From Octopus bimaculoides (lineage: Eukaryota): a stretch of 64,000 nt of DNA. Position 1 is the stretch's first letter, and the number at the start of each line of letters is the position of its first letter. Positions 39,276 to 50,860 of this stretch are shown piece after piece. The stretch is from assembly GCF_001194135.2 (NCBI RefSeq), contig NC_068990.1:43617893-43681892 (forward strand), given 5' to 3'. The notes beneath the pieces are model-generated. The model worked only from the letters and a program-made list of their open reading frames with translations, was not told the DNA's origin and did not search any database. Position numbers and translations under genes: made by a program.

Positions 39276-39304
39276 AATCATTATTTACATGAGTGCAGTT
39301 CAAT

Positions 39305-39319
39305 ATGTGTATATGTATA

Positions 39320-39360
<41 letters not shown>

Positions 39361-39379
39361 AAAAGAGAGAGAGAAAGAG

Positions 39380-39468
<89 letters not shown>

Positions 39469-39525
39469 GTGCGTGCGTGCGCGTGCGCGCGTGCATGGTG
39501 CGTGCGTGCGTGCGTGTGTGTGTTA
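39305..39525. repeat. Compound microsatellite (GA)n-(GT)n-(GTGC)n
   Basis: Direct reading. Confidence 0.95.
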
Positions 39526-40449
39526 CATACATGTGAAAAGCAAATTAAACCTGTACTCTTCACTTTATAATAGCATTTGGAATGAGATTAAGTGAAATTA
39601 AGCAAATTAAGTGAAACACTTATAAACTAAGTTATGCACTTTTAGTTGGCTAGGAACTTACAACTTCCCATGGGTACCAATCTAGTTTGGTTCAGTAGAG
39701 TATCGGTTCAATGCTGGAAATTCCATAGAGTACATACTTCTAGTAGGTGGGAGTGCTTCTTTTTTTCCCCCCCTTCCCTTATCACTTATAATACCAGATA
39801 ACATGACCAGCCTTAGGGGAAAGTGAAAATGTAGGAATAAAGCTTTTATTATGATTTATTAAATAGAGGAATATAGCATTAATTATATTTATTATGTTTG
39901 CATTTTTTTTATTTGCTAACTGGAAGACTCAAAACACATGAAGTGGTGCCTCTTACCACATGACCCCACCAACACTGCCACCAGCAAATATTGCAGTTGC
40001 CAGTATGTTCAACCAGCCATGCATGATAATGTGATTGGTGCTTCTGCAATCTTGCTTTGGGTAGGATTATTTTATCAATATTTAAGGCAGCAAAATGCTT
40101 AACGGCATTTCATCCATCTTTACATTCTGAGTTCAAATTCCGCCAAGGTCCACTTTGCCTTTCATTCTTTCAGAGTTGATAAAATAAGTACCAGTTGAGC
40201 ACTGGGGTTGATGTAACTGATTTAGCCCCTCCTCCAAAATTACTGGTCTTCTGCTCAAATTTGAAACCATTATTTCATCAATATTCAGGATGGGAGATGG
40301 TACATGCAGTAGAGTACTTGCAGTATTTAGTAATTTGCTGCTTTACATTCAAAGTTCAGTTCCTGTTGAAGAGAGTTCAAGATTTCTTTCCAATATATCA
40401 AATACTAGTAATAGACTCGAGTTAGTTTATCATTCTCATCATTTTACAC

Positions 40450-40800
40450 CTGTTTTTCCATGCTCACATGGGTCTTCTTTAGGCACACTATCTTGTCAAC
40501 TGTTGCAGTCTTTTGTCATCACTTTCAAAAGGTACAGTTGACCAAGATTATCTTTCACCAGTTCTTCCCATGCCTTCTTTTGGTTTTCCCCCTTCACAAA
40601 TTCCTTCACTTTGGATCACTTGGCACTTTTGAACCAACTGTCATCCTACACAGGCAACATATATCTGCACCAGCAACAGCTTCTTCACAAGTCCTCTACA
40701 TCTGATTTCTCCTATACCAAATTTTTCTCTTTGTTCAATTTGCCACTCCAAGTCATGATGGAACCTTGTTTCAGACACAAATCTACTCTGTAGCTTGTAG
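40450..40800 (-). mobile_element. Decayed RTE LINE 3' end
   Basis: Minus strand gives ..GKPKKAWEELVKDNL..MTKD..CLKKT and a catggaaaaacagg tail remnant. Confidence 0.55.
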
Positions 40801-41029
40801 CCATCTGTCTTAAAACTCCCAGTTGTCAATATTATTGATCTATCACCTCCTTGACATACACTTTCACTGATACTTTTTTAATCTGCATCAGTCAAGAATC
40901 TTTCAGCTTTCATACTTCTCCAGATCACCTTGTATTTCTGAGTTCATTTAGTGGTTATACTGAAGAAGAAAAACACTAGCTTATGTTGAATGCCACATTC
41001 CTTAAAGAAAAACTAAATATTCACAGTGC

Positions 41030-41269
41030 TTGTGCGGGTGGCACATAAAAGACACCATTTCGAGCGTGGCCGTTTTCGTGCGGGTGACACGTAAAAGCAC
41101 CCACTACACTCTCTGAGTGGTTGGCGTTAGGAAGGGCATCCAGCTGTAGAAACTCTGCCAAATTAGATTGGAGCCTGGTGTTGCCATCCGGTTTCACCAG
41201 TCCTCAGTCAAATCGTCCAACCCATGCTAGCATGGAAAGCGGACGTTAAACGATGATGATGATGATGAT
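41030..41269 (+). mobile_element. Young RTE-tail element copy
   Basis: By eye identical to 57907-58130 over the shared ~220 bp. Confidence 0.88.
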
Positions 41270-41299
41270 TTGTCGATATCATTTCCTAGTGTATATCTA

Positions 41300-41480
41300 T
41301 CTGAAGTCTATCTGACATGTATGTTTGCCTGGTAAGTGATCAGATGATTGCCCAGTTTCCTGAAGTTAGTGTTCCAAATGGTGAAGTTACTTGCATCAAA
41401 ACTCCAAGAGTCTTGATCCATTTGTATTCCTGTATTAGGATCATACACTAGAATATTCCTCTTGGTGTTGCCCAAAGCGT
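41300..41480 (-). mobile_element. RTE APE-endonuclease fragment
   Basis: FDASNFTIWNTNFRKLGNHLITYQ matches the NTxFxK...HLITY...QID motif of RTE endonucleases. Confidence 0.6.
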
Positions 41481-43130
41481 TCATTGTTTAAAATAATGCA
41501 ACATACAGAATATATATAATAGTCAATGCTGTAGTATACCTCTCATAATCTCAAATGAAATTTCTATGTTGATAGTCTGAAATCAGCTCACAACTTCTAA
41601 TCCATCCTATCTGAAGTTCCTCAGTCATCATTTCTTTATCCATACCACAGTAAAGCTTAGTTGAAGGGGCTTTTTCCTTTTTCCTGGAGTGCAAATTACA
41701 TGGCAACTTCACCAATGCAAGTAGCATGAAACAAAGCATTCAGTACACAAGGAAGGTCAAAATCATGTGACCTGGTGGTCTCGATGCAGGAGGTGGTGGA
41801 GATTAATCTCCCCACAAGCAATATAAACAAGATTGCCAATATGGGAGTTTCTCCAGAAGCCAATATGAGAGTTTCTCTCATGGTACCCACCACAGTATAG
41901 CTTGTTCTAACAGAACATCCATAATAATGTCTCTCGGTATTAATACTGCCTCTGCCACTAATATTTTTTAACTAGCTCACTGGGTAATTGCAACAGCAGT
42001 GCCTGTTCTGGCACTGTAACACTATATATCACTTGCAGAAATAAATTGCTGCTATCTCTACCAGTTGAACATCCATCACTGACAAGACCCAACAAGGTCA
42101 AAATCACAGGATCTAATGGTCTCAGTGTTGGAGGTCGTGGAGATTTATCTCCCTGCTAGTGATATAAACAAGAGTGCATTTTGTACCAAAAGCCGATATG
42201 AGAGTTTTACTCATGGTAACAACTGCAGAATAGTTTGTTCTAACGGAATATCCTTGCTTAAGTGGGGATAAATATTACCTCTCGGTATTAACACTGCCTG
42301 TTGCTAATAAATATTTTTTACTATTGTAAAGTGGTTTGTGGTAGGAAGAGCATGCAGCTGCAGAAACCATGCCAAAGTTGATATTGGAGCTTGATGCAGC
42401 TCTGTGGCTTGCCAGATCCTGTCAAACTGCCCAACTCATTCCAGCATGGAAAATGGGCTACAAATAATGTTGTTATGGATATATAATGATTAGCTTCTGT
42501 AATTAGTTGTAGTTACACAAATAAGACAACGTTAAAGTAGGAGGATGTCATGAGAGAGAGAGAGAAAGAGAGAAAGAGTGTAAGCAATGTGTACATATAA
42601 AATGGTAACTAAAAGTATACTAAATACCAAACAAGATAAATTCTTGATTTAGTGAAAGTAGCCTTTCTTTGAAAGAAGCTCAAATGCTTAGCTGCAATTG
42701 TGACTAATTCCAAATGAGAACAGATATCCTCCAAATTAACATAATATTTATAAAAAAGAAGTACGTAGCCACACCTGCCCTCTCATGTCCAGCAGACACA
42801 CGCACATACATGTACACATCCACATATTTACACATATACACCCTCCACACAAATGCATACACACACATCATCATAGCATGGGCTGGACACTTTGATAGGA
42901 TCCAACAGGTCCAAAGACTACATCGTGCTCCAATGTCTGTTTTGGCAGAGTTCCTATGGCTCCATGCACATTACTAATGCCAACTACTTTACAACATGTA
43001 CTGGCTGCTTTTCTTCATGGCACCAGCACTTGTGAAGTAACCATGCAGCCTGCAAAATTAACGTCCCCTTCAATTAAGTCAGTTTGCAGTAAAGAGAGAG
43101 TTAAAAGCTCTTATGATAAGAGATGAGGGT

Positions 43131-43353
43131 TTAATTCTTTAGCATTTAAGCCAGCCATATCCAGCCCATATATTTTACCACTTTATGTTTAAACTGGCCA
43201 GATCCAGCCTCTCACATCTACCCTACAATGTCATTCTAAAAATAATCACATCATTGAAAAATTCAAGGTCTGTAATAATACTTGATTAACTTTAAAAAAT
43301 GTGGATAAATATGCTTTACATTTGATAAATTAACCTGAATGCTAAAGGGTTAA
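43131..43353. mobile_element. piggyBac-type MITE
   Basis: TTAA on both flanks. Termini ttctttagcattt and aatgctaaaggg. Confidence 0.78.
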
Positions 43354-43789
43354 AGAAGTGACCAGAATAAGTCTCTTGCAGTAGAGGAGCTACATGGCTA
43401 CTCACATTCTAGAAGTGAAAGTAGGAGTGGCCAAGGTGAAGCATGAAAAGCAATAAAAATAGTGGTGATGAGGTAGATGTTAGGGTGTACCCTCAGAACA
43501 AGTGCAGATGGGTAGAGGCTGCAAGACTAAACGGAAGGGTGAGAGATGGTTAGAGACAGGGAATGAATGAGCAGGTGAATAATGAAAAACCAGTGTTGAG
43601 AGATGCTAAGTAGGGAAGGTAAAAAGAGTTGGTAACAACTGGAGAGACTGGTAGGGTTGAGGGGGTGACCAATAATACATGAGTTGGGGGAGGGGTAGCA
43701 GAGAGATGATTGACTGACTGCACAAAAGGGGTGGGGATTGAAGAGCAGCAGAGTAATGATATTTTCTTTATAATTATTAATATCTTTTC

Positions 43790-45000
43790 TACTATAGGCA
43801 CAAGGCCTGAAGCTTTGAGGTGGGGGAGTGAGGGGGAGGCACTAGAGAATTACATCAGCCTCAGTACTTGACTGTTTCTTATTTAATTGACCCCAAAAAG
43901 ATGCTGGCAAAGTCAACCTCGATGAGAATTTATCTCAGAACATAAACACACATGAGATGCCACAAATCATTCTGCCTGGTGTGCTGCCAATGCTTTTGCT
44001 GGTTCGGTCATCAACAGCATTTCATGTCCACTTTTCATGCTGGCATGAATAATAATAATCCTTTCTACAATAAGCACAAGGCTTGAAATTTTGGCGGCAT
44101 GGGCTAGTCGGTTACATCAACCTCAGTGTTCAATTGGTACTTTTTTCATCGACCCCAAAAGGATAAAAGGTAAAGCCGACCTCGAATTCGAACTCAGAAC
44201 ATGTAGACAGACAAAATGCCACTAAGCATTTTGCCCAGCATGCTAACGATTCTGCCAGCTCACTGCCTTAATAATAATAATGATGATTTCAAATATTGGC
44301 ACAAAGCCAGCAGTTTCCGGGAGGGGTTAAATTGATTACATCAACCCCAGTACTTATTTTATCAACCCCAGTGACATTTGAACTCAGAATATGAAGACGG
44401 TTGAAACGTCGCTTAGCATATCGTCCAGTGTGCTAAAGATTCTGCCAGCATGCCACCTTATATAAATCCATTCTACTATAAGGACAAGCCCTGAAATTTG
44501 TTGGGAAGGAATAGTCAGTTACATCAACCCCAGTACATTATTTACATTAGATGGATATGTGTCTTCATCTTGTTTGCTGTTACCACGTTTCAACTGATTT
44601 ACTCTCCAGCCTTCATCAGGTGTCCTGGTTGTATTTTGAACCCAATCCTGAGTTCTCATTCCTAATGTATTTTTTTGCTGATATTATTATTATTATTTAT
44701 TCAAGGCACTGCCTGGAATTGAATATGCAATCTTGAGGTTAGTAGACGAGATGAAGACAAGAAGACAAGATGAGGACACATATCCATCTAATGTAAATAA
44801 TGTACAGAATTCCTCATCTCAAAAATATAGAACAGTATCAACCCCAGTGCCCAATTGGTACTTATTTCATCTAGCATAAGTTAATGAAAGGCAAAGTCAA
44901 CCTCAGGAGAATTTGACCTTCTAAAGAAATGCTGCTGAGCATTTTGTCCAGTATGCTAATGATTCTGACAGCTTGCCACTTTAATAAGAGTAATAATACA
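43790..45000 (-). mobile_element. Stack of about 5 head-to-tail aaggcggcgagc-family SINE copies separated by (AAT)n, with a MITE inside
   Basis: Repeated gcacaagg...catcaacc(t/c)cagt...gaactcagaa...gattctgccagc...ccttaataataat units. Confidence 0.78.
44533..44805. mobile_element. MITE with 41-bp TIRs, Tc1/mariner-like TA termini
   Basis: gtacattatttacattagatggatatgtgtcttcatcttgt versus acaagatgaggacacatatccatctaatgtaaataatgtac (one mismatch). Confidence 0.85.
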
Positions 45001-45411
45001 ATAGACAAGGGAAGAATAAGAAAGGATGATTGGGTAAATTGCAGGAGTGTGGAGAATTCAAAGTGAAAGAGGAGAGACATATAGTGATAGAGTAAAGATA
45101 AATTGGTGGCTCAAGAGGATGATCAATGTAAAGTGTGGGTGGAGATGATAGGATTGATGGATAAGAGAAATCATTCCAGGGGAGGTGGTAGTAAGAAAGA
45201 CAAGTGTTATCAGGGAAAAGCCAGTGAAGTATGCATTTCCTGGCTAATTATGATTTTATTCAACATATTCTCTCAAATTCACACACTTATTGCAGCGCTC
45301 TTTCAGTTTTTTCTAAGCTCTGTAAAAGAACTCAGAAGGCTGGGTCCCCAACTAAGCCTTCTGCAATACACTTAAAGCCGAAAACTTTAAAGCACCTCCT
45401 CGTACGTGAAG

Positions 45412-45450
<39 letters not shown>

Positions 45451-45737
45451 TTATAAGAATGTCATGCAATAAATATGGTCAATGCCCATTTTTTAAATAT
45501 ACATACATCGCAATACAAAAAATGCAGAAGAAACACTCACATCCAGACTTCCACCAAATGCAAACAGGTCTAATATAGTTATTTGGAACACAAAATCACA
45601 TGCATTCACAGAGGTCAGATACCTGACAGAATTTAATATTTCTTTCAAATTCAATGAGAAGGAGAATATAAACAATCATTTCAAAATCCAGAGCTCCTCC
45701 AGCCAGTTTATAAATTTATATTGGCTATAAGTACATG

Positions 45738-45966
45738 TTCAACCCTTTTGTTACCATATTTCTGTTGAGATGCTCTGTTTCTTTCAATCAATTTTAAATA
45801 TAACAAAGAATTTTGTAAAATAACTTGGTTATCATTAAGCTAGTGTTAGGAACATAAATTGTGACTAAGGTTTGGTGGAAGATTTTAATTCAGAACTTTT
45901 GAAAATAAGACATTTGTACTACAGAGCCAGAGACAGTTTCAGGTGGGTTGGTATCAAAAGGATGAA
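45738..45966. mobile_element. Second piggyBac-type MITE family (degenerate)
   Basis: ttcaacccttttgttacca ... tggtatcaaaaggatgaa, a decayed TTAA-CCCTTT terminal pattern. Confidence 0.5.
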
Positions 45967-46234
45967 GTAACAATTAGGAAAAAATAGGGTTTTCAATCAA
46001 AATGTGACCAGCTAATACATACTTCACAAATACAATCTGTATACACATGTATTTTTTAAAGTTCAACTTGTAACATTTTTATTTTTTAACAAAATTCCAG
46101 CAAGCTACATTTCAAAAGTCAATTCTTTGAAACTTCATTCTTTATAAGAAGGATTCAAATAATTAAAACAAAAAGAAGCATACATACGCAGAGACACGTT
46201 AACATATTTGTGTGTGTGTGTGTGTGTGTATGTC

Positions 46235-46610
46235 TATGCAATATATTTTTTACTTTTTACCTTCACTGGATTGCAGCCATACTGGGACACAGCCTTGAAG
46301 TCGAACAAATAGACCCTAATTTTAGAGTTTGGTAGGTATTCTGTTGACCACTTTTGCCAAACCACTAAGTTACCAGGACATAAACAAACCAATACCACCT
46401 GACAAGTGGTGAAGAAGACAAACAGGAAGAGACATACAGACATACACACACACACACAGGTTTCCACATAGTTTCCATCAACTAAACTCACTCATAGTGC
46501 ATTGGCCAGCCAAGGGCAATAGCAGAAGATACTTGCCCAAGGTGCTACACAAGGGGACTGACCGTGAAACCACATGGTTGTAAAGCATGCTTCTAAACCA
46601 TACAATCACA
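46235..46610 (-). mobile_element. tRNA-headed CORE-like SINE, decayed
   Basis: gatacttgcccaaggtgc, gggactgaccgtgaaaccacatgg and tail elements in reverse. Confidence 0.7.
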
Positions 46611-47089
46611 TATATATATATTCTCATTGACCATGGTCAAAGTCACCCAAATTGATCATGCTATCCATCAGACTTCTGCATAATGACTGGGAGGTAAACA
46701 GAGCAACATCCGATGTCCATACAGATAGGGTGAATGAAGAGCTCTTTACAAACAGCCAGTTCATGTATATCGATATCAGAGTGTCACCAATGAGTTGTTG
46801 CTCCAGTAAGGTCATGCAAAACCAAAGTCATCCTTTCTCTCATGACATCACTGTTTGCATGAAGGCTACCATACATTTTTCTTTTATTTTATTCAGATAC
46901 TTTTACTGAGATAATCAAAAAACAAAGATACAGCTCTCCATTGCATCTGGTAGCTCTGACTTCCTGATGACACTGAAGACATCAAGAATAGGCCATGCAG
47001 TCAACAGACAAAATTTTACATCCTTTGCAGTGGATGTGATGTTACTTCCTTGGAAATACATATATTACATAAGCACATTCTTACACAAA

Positions 47090-47160
<71 letters not shown>

Positions 47161-47662
47161 GTATGTATATATATATATAATCATCGTTTTTACATCTACT
47201 TTTCTATGCACACAAAGGCCAAACGAAATTCAAGGTAGATTTTCTATGGTCAGACGGCCTTCTTGTTGCCAGTCCTCACCCGTTTCAAAGGCAATATTTC
47301 CTCATAACCAGAGAGGTTTTTACAGAAGATTGAGAACAAAGACCACCGCTTGCATGACTGTGACATTCGTTTACAACTGTCACGTGATGTCAAGGAAAGG
47401 AGACAGTAACACGCACATATACATAATAGAATGGTTATGTAAAATCTAGGCGATCACCGCAGTAGCACTTCTTGCAGAAACCTGGCTAGCGTAGTGTTCG
47501 AATAGTGACGAGCTTCCTTTCAGTTTCCAACTACTAAATCCACTCAAGGATTTGGTCGGCCTGGGGCTATAGAAGACACCTGCCCAAGGTGCCACGTATG
47601 TATAAATACACACATATTCTGAATAGAAGATTGAAACTAGTTACGTGTATAGTTTATTACAC

Positions 47663-47722
<60 letters not shown>

Positions 47723-47790
47723 TGATGAGAGAGAGATGAGGGGGAGAGAGAGAGAGATGAGGGGGGAGAGAGAGAGAGATGAGGGAGAGA
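47090..47790. repeat. (GT)n/(TA)n and (GA)n microsatellites interleaved with SINE remnants
   Basis: Direct reading. Confidence 0.85.
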
Positions 47791-50391
47791 GATTATTAGA
47801 ACGATTCATTAGAATCTAGGCGCATCAACACGTAGGACGCCAGAACTGGCTAGGTACCATAACAGTGAGGTAAAATAAACACGAGGTATCGTGTTGGTAG
47901 TATACAGCACGTATTTAGAAATGTAAGTACCAAATCCAATTTAAACTGTAGATCCGACTCAGGGTTGGTTCTAGGCGCGACGGAGGTATAGAAAGAACAC
48001 GAACGAGATTTAATCATAAACATAAATAAATGAACGAAACTATAAGAAGTTTTCAAAAAATTCAGAGGTTCACATTAAAAGCAGAGTTCGTGAGTTTGTA
48101 CAGCCTATAGCATGTTATTAAGGTCGATTAATTAATGAAAAACACGTAAACTAAGTGGGCAGGTGGTTTTGCTCTAGTTGTGATTGGTTGCATTTTGAAA
48201 GGCTGGTGATGTGTTACTGCTGAATATAAGTCGGCTTAGCGACTGTTGACAGATATATATTAACTTACCTGAAAAAGGTTAAAGTATAACGACAACAACC
48301 ACTTCACAAGATGATCATATCGTCTTGTGTTCTAACAAACAATGGGAGCTTACAAGACGGCTCAATTATCTCAGGCTGCATTTCACGGTTTTTACATTGC
48401 TTCAGTAGTTTTGCCGAATAATCCGACTTAAATGACTAATCCGACTTAAAATATTGCTTGAACGGTAATATATATATATATATATATATATAAAACAGGT
48501 GAGTAGTGCATTACAGAGAGAGGGAGAGAAGGTGTAAATAGATAAAGAGAACGCCAAAGACAGAGACTGAGATAAAGACAGAGAGGTGTATGAAAAAAAA
48601 AAAACATCAAGAGAGTAAGAAAGAAAGAAAAAAAGCGTAAGAGAAATCGAAAGACAGAAAGGGTGAAAAGCCTAAGAGAGAATGAGAAACATGAGTGCTA
48701 CAGGCAACCATCCGAATGAAAAGTTGATAACCTTCCAGCATTATTTAAATATTAAATTAGAAAAAAAAGTTGCTCAATGGAAATAATGCTTTCTGTCTTT
48801 TAACTGTGCTGAGAGGAAAAAAAAAAAAAAGACAGAATTGGAACTATAGAAAGGAAGGAGACATGAGAAAAAAAAAAAAAAAAAATCACCGAGTTAATTA
48901 CACGACACCTGCTAGCCTCGATGCAGTCGGCCACCTGCTAGAAACAGCAGTCAAAATTTCCCTCTAACAACACGACCGTAAAAAAGAGAGACACGTTGGC
49001 TAATGTAGTCAAAGGTAGGCGAAGCCCGAGGAAAGGACAGTATGTCATGGCTGGAACAGTTTGGATTGTAGGACCATTTAGTCAGAGTGGACCCGAGTTT
49101 AAACAACTTGGTTTAAGCGAAACGGTTAAGAAAAAAAAAAAAAACACCTAAATTTTTATTTGTACAATAACACGTTTATTATATTTTATTTTTGCAAACT
49201 ACAGCTTTATTGTGAATGTGTGGGTACGTGTATAAGCTTTTATTTACTGCAAAGGTAACAACGACGACAGTCACACAGTGTCCAGCATAGAATAATACAG
49301 CTAAATAAATGGACAGGCAGAAGTAGATGTGTTGTATATATAATTATATTTATTCGACGCTGATGATTCAGCTTTGAACGAATAAACTCAATTACTTTTT
49401 CTCCCCCGTTTATACACTCAGACGTATATATGTCTCAATGTCTCTTTCTAACGATTTCATCTCGACAAGACACGAGACCAAATTTTTAATCGAAAAACTA
49501 GTATATTACTGGTACTCATTTTATCGACTCCAGAAAACGAAAGGTAGAAATCGACATCGAGGATGAAGAAGATTTGAGTAGAGAGCATAGAGGGAAGGGG
49601 GGGAGCAAATTAAATATATTCATTCTGTGTGACACACTACTTTTGATCAGGAGTGTTAATAAATGCAATTTACAAGGTAAAGAAAAATAGTTGATTTTCG
49701 ACTGACATTGCTCAGTGCGTGTATGATAAAAGGTGGGGGCGTGATTTGTTCCAAACAACAGCAAATTTGGACAGGTACACCGATCACAGCAACACATTAT
49801 ACATCTAGATAATGGTAATGTTGGAAGAAAATAACAAGAATCTAGACCTTCTATAAGATTAGAGGTGAACATTAAAACTCAATAAATATTAATCAAATTG
49901 TATGGGCATTGGAAAGAAGCTAAAACATTCACGCTTTGGTTTTTAAAAAAAAAATCAAATGTTTTGTTGGGATTTGGGGCGGTGGGTTACAGAGCTGTTC
50001 TGTTTTCTTACAATTTTCTTTTTCTTTTTTTTTAACAGCTTACAGTGAACAGTGATTAGAGTGAACACTGACATCAAAAACGATTTTTTAATTGCAAGCT
50101 TATAAGTATACCTAATACTATCCACACAAATTTGCAAACTAAATCACTGGAAAATGGCAGCATGTAATTAAAACACCTTTCTTTTCACTAATAGTGGACC
50201 TATTTACTTAAAATTAATTACAACCCGTTCTCCCACAGAAACCTGGCTTCTTGCGAGTTAAAAATTTGAATAGTGGGCACACAGAGTAAGTCTCGTATAT
50301 TCCAATAAAACATCCTAGAAATGAATGGAATTACAATAGAATTTTCTTCATACATAGACATACAGCAAAACAGGCCAACTAAAAAGCTCAC

Positions 50392-50514
50392 CTCATCTTC
50401 ACTGTCTTTATCCAAAGCACTAGTTAATGGATCCTTGAAAGTTTCTTTTGTATTAGAATGAATGTCGGCAGTGTTATCTTTCCCAGACATACAACTATCC
50501 TGGGGAGCTGCCAT
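50392..50514 (-). CDS. SNX30: Sorting nexin SNX7/SNX30-family gene, coding exon 1 (MAAPQDSCMSGKDNTADIHSNTKETFKDPLTSALDKDSEDE)
   Basis: ATG at 50514, 123 nt (41 codons), ends at a GAG|GTGAGC donor in phase 0, matching the phase-0 acceptor of exon 2. It lies in a CpG-retaining region. The N-terminus is low-complexity and acidic, so the assignment rests on splice signals, phase and position. Confidence 0.8.
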
Positions 50515-50860
50515 ATCTGTTGTTATTGATCGTCGCTTACATCCATCACTATATTATACAACTACAACATGTTACGTCGTTAACGATTAGTCCTTTTTCT
50601 AACGAAGCAACCAATCGAATCACATATGATGAATAACTCTTCGCGTTTAGATTAAGGAAGGGTACCTTTCTTTTTACTAACGTTCTATTTTATTGGTTCA
50701 ATCGGAAATATTGTGAAAAATTGAGCCAACGAGAGAGGCTGTTATTTGAGTTTCTCTAGCGACGTACTTTCATTCAGTGATGTTATCATTGTGTGTCGCC
50801 GCCTCATGCTTTGTAGTCACATTTTAAGTGATTTTCGCCGACCACCAGACCTTGGGGACG
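50515..50860. promoter_or_regulatory. Putative 5'UTR/promoter of the sorting nexin gene, possibly bidirectional
   Basis: Repeat-free, CpG-retaining sequence immediately upstream of the ATG (e.g. gttacgtcgttaacg, gcgacgtac, gtcgccgcc). No TSS data are available. Confidence 0.45.
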
